From Candidatus Hydrogenedentota bacterium (GTDB lineage: Bacteria; Hydrogenedentota; Hydrogenedentia; Hydrogenedentales; SLHB01): 64,000 bases of DNA. Positions 38,975-49,301 of the stretch are shown here, piece after piece. The stretch lies in the NCBI GenBank assembly GCA_963745075.1, contig CAVUWV010000001.1, positions 160,001 to 224,000 of the forward strand, in the 5' to 3' direction. Position 1 is the stretch's first letter. Every line of letters starts with the position of its first letter. The notes beneath the pieces were generated by a model, which saw only the letters and a program-made list of their open reading frames with translations, made no database searches and was not told the DNA's origin. A program made the translations under genes and the position numbers.

Positions 38975-39243
38975 ACATCCCCCTTGATCCCCCTTCAAAG
39001 GGGGAGTTGCGCGCAACGCTTTGCGTTGCGTCTGGAAGAACTCAAGACCCACACGCTGCGCTTTGGAAGACGCGCGTCTCCGTAACCTCGACCGGCGATT
39101 CCCCCTTTGAAGCCGGAACCGACAAAAGTCGGCGCTTCGATGGGTGCGCCGCGAGAGGAATGCGGAGTTGGCCGGGAACCTGCAAGAGTACCAATAGATA
39201 CGGTCTAGCCGTTCCCCCTTTGAAGGGGGATCAAGGGGGATGT
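38975..39243. repeat. MITE/REPIN-like element with perfect 31-bp terminal inverted repeats
   Basis: ACATCCCCCTTGATCCCCCTTCAAAGGGGGA ... TCCCCCTTTGAAGGGGGATCAAGGGGGATGT. Confidence 0.85.
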
Positions 39244-39474
39244 GAATTTGGTCCTGTTTCATATTTTGGACGTATTCCCCATCGTGAAGCGCCGAAATTA
39301 GTGACGAACATCGAGATCGAATCATGAGACGTTCCCCGGTTGCACCCGAATTATACGGCCCCGCACCGCCTTGTGGCGTGCAAGTATAGCACGAAGGCGG
39401 TATGCGGGGCTTCGGTAGCACGAGGCGCGTTCACATGGTAGGCTTAAGCACTTCCTGAAAGGAGATTCCTATTC

Positions 39475-41913
39475 ATGTCCGCACTCTTCGCTGTTATGTG
39501 CGTCGCCGCGGTGCAATGGCAGCACCCGGCCGGACTGGTCACGGCCGATACCCTCGACGGGGTCCGCCACAAAATCGAGACCCAGGAATGGGCGCGAACG
39601 CTGTTCGAGTCTCAGAAGCGTGCGCGTAGTGCGTGGCACGATGCTTCATTTGAGGAACTGCGCCGCGTGTTTCCGACGGAGTGTGGCAATGTCTATCATG
39701 ATTTCTCCTGCCCAATCGATCGCACTCGGCTGACGTTCGACCCCTTCGAGGATAAGCACTTTACCTGTCCCACGTGCGGCAAGACGTACCCGGCCGATAC
39801 CGACCCCGGCGTGTATCCGGAAGGCGATCGGTATCACGGGACGATGTACGACGGCTGGGTCTGCATGTTCTATCAGAACGCGGGCATCGTCGCGAGCGAG
39901 TTCGCGGTGATGGGCGCCGTGGACCACGACAATTCGTATACCCAACGCAGTATCGAGATTCTGCTCTTGTTCGCGGATACCATTGAAAACCTCAAAGTAT
40001 CCTCCGACCCCGATCCGCAGATGCGCAAATTGCTGACCTATCATCGCGAAGGCGACAACAAAGTCTTGTACGATCTCGCATGCACCTACGAAATTGTTCG
40101 CGCGCACATGACGCCGGAACAGCGCAAACGCGTCGAGACTGCCGTACTGCAGCGCATGCTGGACGACATTATGCTGGAGCCCATCTACACGTACGACCAC
40201 AACAACGTGTACCAATGGCATCGCACGATCGTCCAGACGGCGCTGGCCCTGGAACGGGAGGATCTGATCGATTGGAGTTTCGGGTACGGCGCGTACGACG
40301 CGGAGCATCAGCCCGAACATCGCAGCATGATGAAGTTGCTCTTGACCCACTTCAAACCCGACGGCGCGTACTGGGAAATGTGTTCGGGCTATCACCTATA
40401 TCCCTTGTCGCATATCTGTGAATTCGCCGTGGTGTCGCACAATCTTTCCATGATGGACCCGCAGCGGTTTCCGCCCGAACAGTACGACTTAACCATTCCC
40501 GAAAGCGAGGGGGGGCAGGTCATTCGCGGCGCGTTGCATTGGTTCATGTCCATGGCAATGCCGAATCGCAAGATGCCGACCATCGGCGATTCGACCAAGT
40601 CCATTGCGGGGATGGACGATTACTACGTCACGGCCGAGGTCGGTTATCGCTATTACGACTTGAAGGAAGTGGGCAATTATCCCGCGTACCGGGACGGAAA
40701 CCGCAACTGGGTGGCGCTTCTTTACGGGGCGGACCAAATCGAACCGCACGAAATCGAGGAAACCAGCACGTATCTCTCCAGCGGGTGGGTTTCGCTTCGC
40801 GACTCGTGGGATGGTAACCGGGCGTGGGTCGGGCTGAATGCCCTGATCCCGGGCGGCGGGCATCAGCACGCGGACCGCTTGGGGTTGCTGTTCTACTCGC
40901 ATGACGCCTTGCTGGCATTGGAGAAGGCGACGCCCTACAACGAACTCACGACACGCGTGCTGGGCACGCTCTCGCCCATGCACAACACCGTTACCGTGGA
41001 CATGGAATCCCAGCCGCAGGGCGAGGCGCTTAAGAAGAACCAGGTGCCCGAGATCCAATACTTCTACGCGGGCGACTGGTTGCAGTTCGCGGAACTGGAC
41101 GCCGACCACTTGTATACCCAAACCAAGATCTACCGGCGGTCGGTCGCGATGGTGGAAGACGTGGTCGTAGACCTCTTCTGCGTGACCGGGGGTGAAACTC
41201 ATGATTGGATGGTGCATCACAGCGGGTCGGCAACAGAGTTATCCGTGCCCGTGACGGACGGTTCATTCGAACCCACGGACTGGTTGTACAACGGCACCAA
41301 CAACGTGAAGGTGGGAACAGCCGACGACGCATGGGAAGGCCGATGGGGCGTCGATGACGCGCAAACGCGGCTGACCATGTCGGGCGCGGCGAACACGAAG
41401 TTGTACAAACTGGAAACGTACCCGGTGGACAACGCCGTAATCACCGAAGAGAATCCGCCGTGCCAATCGTTGTGCGTCCGGCGACACGATGACACGCCGT
41501 TCCTCGCGGTTTGGGATGTGTGGACGGATACACCGAATCTGCAGGTGGTCCATTTTGCGGGATCGGACGCGGCGCTGATTCAGACCGCGAAACATACGTA
41601 TCACATCCGGTTTGGGCCCGGTACGAGCGCGTTTGACGACGGGGTTACGCTTACCACCGACGCCGCATTTACAGCGGTGCGCGATTCGGATGCTGTGGTG
41701 ATGGTCGGCGGGAGCGAGGCCTCCGTCACCTTCCCGGACGGTACGGTTGCGATATCCGCCGAAGCGCCCCTGACTGTTGCGGTGGATCGGCAAGCGGACG
41801 GTGTGCACGTTCACGCGTTACCCGCGATCCAGTTCGACACGTACCAAGGCGCTAACCATCCGCGGCCTGTCCCCGACACGCCGGTAACGGTCGAAGGAAG
41901 TTTGTGGAAATGA
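39475..41913 (+). CDS. Heparinase II/III-family polysaccharide lyase-like protein
   Basis: HNN..QW, DGAYWE.CSGYHLY, GHQHADRLG, HNTVTVD motifs; GGAG RBS. Confidence 0.82.
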   Translation: MSALFAVMCVAAVQWQHPAGLVTADTLDGVRHKIETQEWARTLFESQKRARSAWHDASFEELRRVFPTECGNVYHDFSCPIDRTRLTFDPFEDKHFTCPTCGKTYPADTDPGVYPEGDRYHGTMYDGWVCMFYQNAGIVASEFAVMGAVDHDNSYTQRSIEILLLFADTIENLKVSSDPDPQMRKLLTYHREGDNKVLYDLACTYEIVRAHMTPEQRKRVETAVLQRMLDDIMLEPIYTYDHNNVYQWHRTIVQTALALEREDLIDWSFGYGAYDAEHQPEHRSMMKLLLTHFKPDGAYWEMCSGYHLYPLSHICEFAVVSHNLSMMDPQRFPPEQYDLTIPESEGGQVIRGALHWFMSMAMPNRKMPTIGDSTKSIAGMDDYYVTAEVGYRYYDLKEVGNYPAYRDGNRNWVALLYGADQIEPHEIEETSTYLSSGWVSLRDSWDGNRAWVGLNALIPGGGHQHADRLGLLFYSHDALLALEKATPYNELTTRVLGTLSPMHNTVTVDMESQPQGEALKKNQVPEIQYFYAGDWLQFAELDADHLYTQTKIYRRSVAMVEDVVVDLFCVTGGETHDWMVHHSGSATELSVPVTDGSFEPTDWLYNGTNNVKVGTADDAWEGRWGVDDAQTRLTMSGAANTKLYKLETYPVDNAVITEENPPCQSLCVRRHDDTPFLAVWDVWTDTPNLQVVHFAGSDAALIQTAKHTYHIRFGPGTSAFDDGVTLTTDAAFTAVRDSDAVVMVGGSEASVTFPDGTVAISAEAPLTVAVDRQADGVHVHALPAIQFDTYQGANHPRPVPDTPVTVEGSLWK

Positions 41914-41948
41914 ATTGGTTCAATTTACAGGTCTCAGGAGCCGAATCG

Positions 41949-42896
41949 ATGCGACAACACAAGTTGGTAAGTTGCTTATTCTTGGTCGTAGCCCTCGTGG
42001 TTCCAGTGGCAACCGCGCAGGACGCACAGCCCTATCCTCGGGTCAGCAAGGAGGCGTTTGAAGCGCGTTTGCCATTCTTCGACGTCGACACCTCGATACC
42101 GTTGGAAGGACGGATCGTCCGCGAATGGGACGAGGACGCGACGTTACGCCAGAAGTTCGTCTTTCGCGGCGCGCAAGGGTTCCTGGTGCCCGGGCTGATC
42201 GAGATTCCAAAGACCGACGCAAAACCCTATCCGTTGGTCCTGCTCCTTCACGGCTGGTCCGGAGGCAAGGACAACTGGTGGGAAGACAGCAATTTCGTCA
42301 ACGGTGGTCTCATGCGCAAGGCGCTGTTAAACGCCGGTTACGCGATCATGGCGCTCGATGCTGCGACCCACGGTGAACGCAGCAACGAAATCGATTATCA
42401 GGACGTAAACCACTACGAGGATCCAAAAGCGCCGGACAAACGCAACTACTTTACCTTTGCCGAGATCGCAATTCAGACGACCAAGGATTACCGCCGCGGA
42501 CTGGATTACATCACGCAGCGCGACGATATCGACCCCGAGCGGATCGGGCTCCTGGGGTACAGCATGGGCGGGATGGATTCGTTCTATCTGGTGTCGGTGG
42601 AGCCGCGCATCAAGGTAGTGGTCGCTTGCGTGCCGCCGTTGCTGAACGATAGTTACAACCCGGCGTCGCCCATCGATTACACGTGGGGAATCGGCGATAC
42701 GCCGTTTCTGATGCTCATGGGTTCGCAAGACACGATGAACGACGTGGCGAACGTCAACGCATCCTATGCGGCGTACATCAAGGGCCCGAATACGAATCTG
42801 ATCTGGTACGACCAGGGACATAAGCTCACGGAAGTGTACATCCCGGACGCGTTGGCGTGGATTCAGCAGCACCTGCCCGTATCGCTATCGAAGTGA
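41949..42896 (+). CDS. Exported alpha/beta hydrolase (esterase)
   Basis: LLHGWSG, DPERIGLLGYSMGG, GSQD, QGH; signal peptide. Confidence 0.85.
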   Translation: MRQHKLVSCLFLVVALVVPVATAQDAQPYPRVSKEAFEARLPFFDVDTSIPLEGRIVREWDEDATLRQKFVFRGAQGFLVPGLIEIPKTDAKPYPLVLLLHGWSGGKDNWWEDSNFVNGGLMRKALLNAGYAIMALDAATHGERSNEIDYQDVNHYEDPKAPDKRNYFTFAEIAIQTTKDYRRGLDYITQRDDIDPERIGLLGYSMGGMDSFYLVSVEPRIKVVVACVPPLLNDSYNPASPIDYTWGIGDTPFLMLMGSQDTMNDVANVNASYAAYIKGPNTNLIWYDQGHKLTEVYIPDALAWIQQHLPVSLSK

Positions 42897-42978
42897 TTGT
42901 CATTCGTCGCCGGCTTGTCTTTGCTTGTCGAAGCTGATAGCCTCGAAAAAGTAGTCCTGGGGGGCACGATCGGCGACC

Positions 42979-44622
42979 ATGAGCGAGCACTTTCGACCAC
43001 TGGATATTCTGGTAATCGTGGTGTATTTCGGCGCGATTACGGCGGCCGGTGTCTACTTCAGCAAACGAACGAAAGACTCGGAAGACTACTTTCTGGGGGG
43101 GCGGAATTTCCCGGGATGGGCCATTGGCTTGTCCATGGTCGGCACGTCGATCAGTTCCGTTTCGTTTATGGCCTATCCCGGCGATGCGTACAAGACGACG
43201 TGGCTGCGGTTGTTTCCGTGCTTTACGCTTCCGATTGCGATCTTCATCGCGTCACGCTGGTTTCTTCCTTTCTTCCGCCGCGGCCGTGTGACGTCCGCCT
43301 TCGAGTATCTCGAGAAACGGTACGGTCCCAAGACGCGCGTGTACGTGGCGTGCGTATTTGTCATCACGCAAATCGCGCGAAACGGGACGATCTTGTTCTT
43401 GCTCGCCCTGCTGCTGCATGAATTGATGGGTCTGTCCACCACGTGGTGCATTCTCATTGGGGGAGTCTTCGTTTCCTTCTACACCGTGGCCGGCGGCATC
43501 GAGGCGGTGGTCTGGACGGATGTGGTGCAGACGATTGTCCTGGTCGTTGGGGGCGTACTTTGCCTCGCGTATATTGTGGATAAACTTCCGGGAGGATTGG
43601 GCGACATTGTCCGCGTCGCCTGGGAAGATGGGAAATTCCGTGCCGCGGATGCAACCGTAAACTCGAACGTCGTGTTTCAAGGCGCGAATACCCATTTCGA
43701 CAAGATACTCAACCTGCAACCTGTCCGATGGACCCCATCCCTCTGGTACCGGACGGGTCTCATGATGATGTTTCTCGGGTTCACCAACTGGATCGCGGAG
43801 TACAGTTGCAACCAGAACGTCATCCAGCGGTACTGCGCGTCCAAGTCGCCCCGCGAGGCGCGAAAAGCCATGTGGATCTGTTGCTGGTCAAGCGTGCCTA
43901 TTTGGACATACTTCATGTTTCTCGGGACGGCGATGTATGTCTTCTTCAAGCATTTCCCCGATCAGACCGCGTTCAACATTCTGGTCGGGGCCGAGGGAAA
44001 GGAGGCGGAACAGATTCTTCCGTACTTCGTTCTGACTTCGTTACCCGCCGGAGTGTCGGGGCTGGTGGTCGCAGCGGTCCTGGCGGCAGCGATGTCGTCG
44101 GTCGATTCGAGCATCAATGCTGTGTCTACGGTGACCGTAGTGGACATCTACCGGCGGCACATGGTCAAGAACGCAGATGAACGGCACTACCTCCGGACTG
44201 CGCGCGCTATCGGGATTGTGGCGTCGGTGCTGATGATCGTGATTGCGATCTGGTTCGACCACATTGACAAAAAGACTTTTCAGGATACCGGAATCATCCT
44301 TGCCGCCATCATGGGCGGAGGCGTATTCGGAATTTACATGCTCGGCTTCTTCACCACCTGGGGCGACGGGAAGACGGTGCTCTGGGGGATCCTGGCTGCA
44401 TTAGCCTACACCGTTTGGACCGGCGGTATTCTGGTGCACTGGTGGGCGCCCCCCGCCAACGCGTGGCTTCGCGTCGACTCGTACTACATTGGACTGGTCG
44501 CAAATGCCCTGGCATTTCTTGTTGCGTTCTTCCTGTTCGGATTGATCGGCAGGATCAGGGGACGCAAACGCGACCTAACGAATCTTACGGTGTGGACGCA
44601 GGACGACACGCCGTTGGAGTAG
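42979..44622 (+). CDS. Sodium:solute symporter
   Basis: DYFLGGR, GGIEAVVWTDVVQ, QNVIQRY, AAAMSSVDSSINA. Confidence 0.93.
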   Translation: MSEHFRPLDILVIVVYFGAITAAGVYFSKRTKDSEDYFLGGRNFPGWAIGLSMVGTSISSVSFMAYPGDAYKTTWLRLFPCFTLPIAIFIASRWFLPFFRRGRVTSAFEYLEKRYGPKTRVYVACVFVITQIARNGTILFLLALLLHELMGLSTTWCILIGGVFVSFYTVAGGIEAVVWTDVVQTIVLVVGGVLCLAYIVDKLPGGLGDIVRVAWEDGKFRAADATVNSNVVFQGANTHFDKILNLQPVRWTPSLWYRTGLMMMFLGFTNWIAEYSCNQNVIQRYCASKSPREARKAMWICCWSSVPIWTYFMFLGTAMYVFFKHFPDQTAFNILVGAEGKEAEQILPYFVLTSLPAGVSGLVVAAVLAAAMSSVDSSINAVSTVTVVDIYRRHMVKNADERHYLRTARAIGIVASVLMIVIAIWFDHIDKKTFQDTGIILAAIMGGGVFGIYMLGFFTTWGDGKTVLWGILAALAYTVWTGGILVHWWAPPANAWLRVDSYYIGLVANALAFLVAFFLFGLIGRIRGRKRDLTNLTVWTQDDTPLE

Positions 44623-44726
44623 GGTTGATTGCGGACCATCTTCAGGACCGCAATTTCTGCGGTTGCAATTTGCCCTCTCGCGGGGCACTATGACGCGCCT
44701 TTAACCTGTTCGGGGAATGCCAACCG

Positions 44727-45710
44727 ATGACGCTCGAAAAGCAACAAGTGGACGATCCAGTTACGATTCGCGCACGCGGACCCATTATCGCCGGTCTGGT
44801 TGGTATCAACCTCCTGTGGGCGGGAAATCCCGTGATGACCAAGTTCGTGCTGGAGGATTTCGCGCCGTTGCAGGTGGCATGGCTGCGGATTGGCACGAGT
44901 TCGATCGTTTTGGCGCTGCTTTTGATGATGGCAAACCGTCGCAAGCCCGCGACAACGACGACCCCCTTCCCTTGGTCGAAGGCCGCGATCATGGGTGCGA
45001 TTGTGTTCTTCGCTACGCCTGTCGTCATCACCTTCGGACTGGACCAGTCGCTGGCCATTCAGAATTCCTTCATCACGGGGCTGGAACCCGTGATCACCAT
45101 CCTGCTCGCATGGCTCGTTCTGCGGGAGCGGATGCGCGCGACCCAATGGATCATTCTGGCCGTGGCCACCGCGGGATTTGTGTTACTGAGTGGTATGGCA
45201 AACCGGTGGGTGGGTCTTGTCGCAACCAGTTACGCCCTCGGAAATCTGCTGCTTCTCGTCGGGATGGGCGGCGAGGCCATGTTCAGCATCCTCGGCTTGC
45301 CGTTGGTACGCCGCACGGCGCCGGGTCCGTTACTACTTGTCGGCCAAATGACCGGGGCGCTCCTATTCAGCTTGTATCTCGCCGCTACCCATTCGATTCC
45401 CGACCTCGGGCAATTCACGGGGCGCAGTCTGGTGGGGTTGCTGTGGGCGGGGCCCATCACTACCGCCGGCTGTTACTACTTCTGGCTGGCCAGTCTGCAA
45501 CACGTGCCGGTGAATACGGCGGCGTTCACCCTGTTCGTTCAGCCCTTGGTCGGCGCGGCGATGGGATACGGGCTGTTGTCGGAGCGGATGGATCTGCTGC
45601 AATCGTGCGGCGCAGGATTGATTCTCGTCGCGCTGACCGTTCATGTCTACCTTGTCGTCCATAGAGCGCGGTTCTCTGGACGCCGGACCGTGCCGAGCAA
45701 CGGCGCTTAA
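44727..45710 (+). CDS. DMT/EamA-family transporter
   Basis: About 10 TM helices in two repeats; LEPV...LRER, VQPLVG...LSER. Confidence 0.88.
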   Translation: MTLEKQQVDDPVTIRARGPIIAGLVGINLLWAGNPVMTKFVLEDFAPLQVAWLRIGTSSIVLALLLMMANRRKPATTTTPFPWSKAAIMGAIVFFATPVVITFGLDQSLAIQNSFITGLEPVITILLAWLVLRERMRATQWIILAVATAGFVLLSGMANRWVGLVATSYALGNLLLLVGMGGEAMFSILGLPLVRRTAPGPLLLVGQMTGALLFSLYLAATHSIPDLGQFTGRSLVGLLWAGPITTAGCYYFWLASLQHVPVNTAAFTLFVQPLVGAAMGYGLLSERMDLLQSCGAGLILVALTVHVYLVVHRARFSGRRTVPSNGA

Positions 45711-46150
45711 GGGTCGGGTTTATCGGAAGGTTTCCGCACGGTCATGCGGCATTGTCCTTTCTCGCAACTGATGATCTCGTAGTCGACGTCATACCCGTAC
45801 TCGCGGATGAGCGGGGGATAGAGCCAGCGGCAGTGCTCGCAGTATTTCGTGTACGGCTCGACGCGGCCGCTCTGATGGACGAGTTTGGCGGACGGGCATT
45901 CGTGCATGTCAATGATGAACATGTCATCGTACAACGTCAGTTGGTGACGGCCGCCTTCCTCCGTGAGAGTGTGGGTCCAGTATTGGTGCATGCCTTCCAG
46001 GCCGTCTTTCTCGATGTACTCGCGCAAGTTTTGGAGAAAATTGTCCGCGATCCCCTTCCAGAACTCGCGGACCTTCTCTTCGCCGCCGCGCTCTTCGAGA
46101 TAACGGAAGAGTTCGTTGTAGACCCAGATGAACTCCGTGCAGGAAATCAT
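45707..46150 (-). CDS. Small Cys/His-containing protein, V4R/ATC-hydrolase-like fold
   Basis: HECPS...YCEHC...GQC pattern; paralogue of upstream gene. Confidence 0.6.
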   Translation of the reverse strand: MISCTEFIWVYNELFRYLEERGGEEKVREFWKGIADNFLQNLREYIEKDGLEGMHQYWTHTLTEEGGRHQLTLYDDMFIIDMHECPSAKLVHQSGRVEPYTKYCEHCRWLYPPLIREYGYDVDYEIISCEKGQCRMTVRKPSDKPDP

Positions 46151-46618
46151 GTCGCCGCCTTTCGGAAACGCTGCACGCAGCGGCCCTTGGCCTGGTCGTA
46201 CTCGACCGTGGCCTCATATCCTGCACGGCTGCAAATCGCGTCGTTGACGATTCGGGTGTGCTCGCAGAAGTGGTCCGCCACGCGATAATCGTGGGCCTGC
46301 ATGTGATGAACCGCCGGACATCGCTGAAGGTCGAGCACGAGAGAATCGCCGTCCATGTGCAGGGAGTATTCTGCCTCTTCGAGGTCCATGATCCTGCGCC
46401 AGTGACGCTCCAAAGCGGGAAGACCATCGTAGCGCAGCTCCGCGACCACCGGCGCATATACGGTGTCTGCGAGGCCGGTCAGGAAATCGCGCAAACCATC
46501 CTCGCCGTAGTGTTGCTTCGAGAAATTCGAAGGCGTAGCTGAGGGCCCCATGAAAGTCTTTGTGTACGTTCGCCATCTCGAGCGTCGTGCTCCTGAACTC
46601 ATCCGAATCGGCGCTCAT
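46147..46618 (-). CDS. Paralogous V4R-like protein, one frameshift near 46517
   Basis: MSADS...NVHKDFHGALSYAFEFLE joins QHYGEDGL...RCPA...FCEH...GRC after removing one base. Confidence 0.6.
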
Positions 46619-46711
46619 CTTACCACAGGGACCGGATCCAGTACGGTTTCCCCTTGAATTGGCGGGCATTGGTGTAGATCATCAGGGTACGCAAGAGGGA
46701 GGGCGTATTTC

Positions 46712-47986
46712 ATGAGCAGTAATCTCGCTATCAATGGGGGTTCCAAGAGTGTCGAAGGACCGTTGCCGCCCTGGCCGGCGTTCGACGAAGCCACCATCGC
46801 GGCGGTCAGCGAACCGCTGAAGAACGGCAAGGTCAATTACTGGACCGGGCCGCGCGGCATGGAGTTCGAGAAGAAGTTCGCGGCGTGGCAGGGCAGCAAG
46901 CACGCCATCAGCACGACCAACGGCACGAGCGCGTTGCACACGGCGCTGGCCGCGCTGGGCATCGGCCCCGGCGACGAGGTCATCGTGCCGAGCTACACGT
47001 TCATCGCAAGTTCCTTCTCCATGGTGCAGGCGGGCGCAATTCCGCGGTTTGCCGACGTCAACCAGGAAGACCACTGCATCAGCGTGGAGTCGGCGGAGAA
47101 GCTGATTGGACCGCGTACCAAGGCCATCATGCCGGTGCACCTGTACGGCAACGTTGTGGACATGGACCCGATTAAGGCATTGGCCAAGAAACACAATCTC
47201 TACGTCATCGAGGATAACGCGGAAGCCTACGGCGGCGTCTACAAAGGCAAGAAGACCGGCACGCTGGGCGACATCGCCGCGTGCAGCTTCTGCCAGAACA
47301 AGACCTTCACCACCGGCGGCGAAGGCGGCATGGTGACCACCGACGACGAGGACGTTGCCTGGCGGTGCCGCAGTTTCCGCGATCACGGCTACAACGTCAA
47401 GGAACGGCTGAAGCTGCTCGAAATGGAGCAGAAACTCTCCTACATCCACACGCAACTCGGCTGGAACTACCGCATGACCGAGATGCAGTCCACCATCGGC
47501 ATCGACGAACTGAATCGAATCGACACGTGGAACATGCCGCGCCGGAAACGAAACGCGCAGATCATCCTGGACGCATTGGCCGACGTGCCGCAGGTTCAGT
47601 ATCTGCCGGTGGACACACCGGAGCGTCAGAACGGCTGGTACGTGTTTCCGATTACGCTGGACATCGACAAGATGACCTGCGACATGAGTACGTTCCTGGA
47701 AGCCCTCGGCGCGGAAGGCGCGCCGTGCTGGAGAGTCTTCTGGCCGCAATGCCACACGGAAGAGGCGTTCACGAAACACAACAGCTTCGGCGACACGGGG
47801 TTCCCGTTTACGAGCAAGGAATACGCCGACGCGGCGGCGGTGGATTACAGCAAAGTCGAAGTACCGAACGCGGTCTGGCATCAAAGCCGCACGTTTATCA
47901 CGTTTATCTTCCCGACCTACGAGGAAGCGCACATGCACGGCATCGCCGCGGGGATCAAGAAGGTAATCGCGGCGTACGCGAAGTAG
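46712..47986 (+). CDS. DegT/DnrJ/EryC1/StrS PLP-dependent sugar aminotransferase
   Basis: NGTSALH, GPGDEVIVP, PVHLYG, IEDNAEA, SFCQNK, GEGG, GWNYRM. Confidence 0.93.
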   Translation: MSSNLAINGGSKSVEGPLPPWPAFDEATIAAVSEPLKNGKVNYWTGPRGMEFEKKFAAWQGSKHAISTTNGTSALHTALAALGIGPGDEVIVPSYTFIASSFSMVQAGAIPRFADVNQEDHCISVESAEKLIGPRTKAIMPVHLYGNVVDMDPIKALAKKHNLYVIEDNAEAYGGVYKGKKTGTLGDIAACSFCQNKTFTTGGEGGMVTTDDEDVAWRCRSFRDHGYNVKERLKLLEMEQKLSYIHTQLGWNYRMTEMQSTIGIDELNRIDTWNMPRRKRNAQIILDALADVPQVQYLPVDTPERQNGWYVFPITLDIDKMTCDMSTFLEALGAEGAPCWRVFWPQCHTEEAFTKHNSFGDTGFPFTSKEYADAAAVDYSKVEVPNAVWHQSRTFITFIFPTYEEAHMHGIAAGIKKVIAAYAK

Positions 47987-48000
47987 AAGGGGGAGGATCC

Positions 48001-49039
48001 ATGAGCAAGGTGAAGTGGGGTGTCTGCGGTTCCGGCGGGATCGCGCGGCGGCGGACCATTCCGGAAGGGATCGTGCCCGCGAACAACGCGGAACTGGCCG
48101 GCTGTGCACGACGTTGACGAGGACGCCGTTCAGGAAGTCGCAAAAGAATTCGGAGCCGAAGCGTTTCTCGATTACGGCGAACTGCTGGACAGCGACTGCG
48201 ACGCCGTATACATCGCGACGCCGGTTCACCTGCATCGCGATCAGGTGGTGCGCGCCGCCGAGGCCGGCAAGCACGTGTTGTGTGAGAAACCGTTGGGGCT
48301 GAAGGTCGCGGACGCCGAGCAGATGGTCAAAGCGTGTCGCAGCAACGGCGTGAAGTTCGGCGTGGGGCTCATGATGCGGTTTCACGCGCAGCATCAGGCC
48401 GCCATGGAAATGGTCAAGAGCGGCGCCATCGGCACGCCCGTGTTTGGTCGCGCCCAGTTGTCGTGCTGGTATCCGCCCATCGAGGGTGCGTGGCGCCAGG
48501 ACCCCGCCACGGGCGGCGGCGGTACGCTCGTGGACCTCGCCAGCCATTGCATCGATCTGCTCGAGATGATGTTTGGCCCGGCGCGTTCGGTGCGATGCGC
48601 TATTGGAAACCTCGTTCAGGATTACAAGAGCGAAGACGCGTCGGTCGTGATGCTGGAGTTCGCCAACGGAGCGATGGGCGTGGTCGATACCTTGTTCAAC
48701 GTCCCCGATGCGAGTTCGAAGAACCGACTGGAACTGTACGGATCGAAAGGCAGCATCCTCGCGGAAGGCACGATCGGCCAGGGCGAAATCGGGACCATGA
48801 CGGCGTACATCGAAGGCGACGATTCGGGTTACGACGCGCAGCAAACGCGAGACGCGGGCGAGGGGCGTGCAATTGCGCCGGAGCCGGTGAACATGTACCG
48901 CGCCGAGATCGAGGCGTTTTCGGGTGCGATACTCAACGATACGGAACCGCCGGCCGGCCCGGACGCGGGGCTGCACAGCCAGAAGGTGTTGGCCGCATGC
49001 TATGAATCCGCGAACACGGGTGTGACGGTGATGCTGTGA
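48001..49039 (+). CDS. Gfo/Idh/MocA oxidoreductase, one frameshift near 48100
   Basis: WGVCGSGGIA in one frame; YIATP, HVLCEKP, GGGTLVDLASH in the next. Confidence 0.88.
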
Positions 49040-49103
49040 GCGATCGTAGACGCTGCCTCGATGCCTAGAGCGTACCGCAGATTTGCTGCGTGGTCTTGTG
49101 CGG

Positions 49104-49190
49104 ATGGAATCCCGTGTGCGCGGCAATGACGGCCAGGGTGAGAAACGGGTGATTACTATTCCCGTCATTCCCGCGCACGCGGGAATCCAT
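49104..49190. repeat. Inverted pair of REP sequences (ATTCCC-N8-GGGAAT type)
   Basis: ATGGAATCCCGTGTGCGCGGCAATGACGG ... CCGTCATTCCCGCGCACGCGGGAATCCAT. Confidence 0.75.
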
Positions 49191-49301
49191 CTTTACAGTG
49201 GTGCCTGTCACCGCGAGAATTGCGGGGCCTGTCCCTCGGTATACAATGGACGGGCGTTTCCCGTACCTTGATGTCACTGTACGTGGGAGAGGGAGCTCTT
49301 T

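Noticed and set aside
38936..39421. N-terminal extension of the NHL protein ORF
   Set aside because: Reads through the inverted-repeat element; not protein-like
46682..49168. 828-aa minus-strand ORF
   Set aside because: Antisense shadow of the aminotransferase and Gfo genes; no motifs, expected in high-GC DNA
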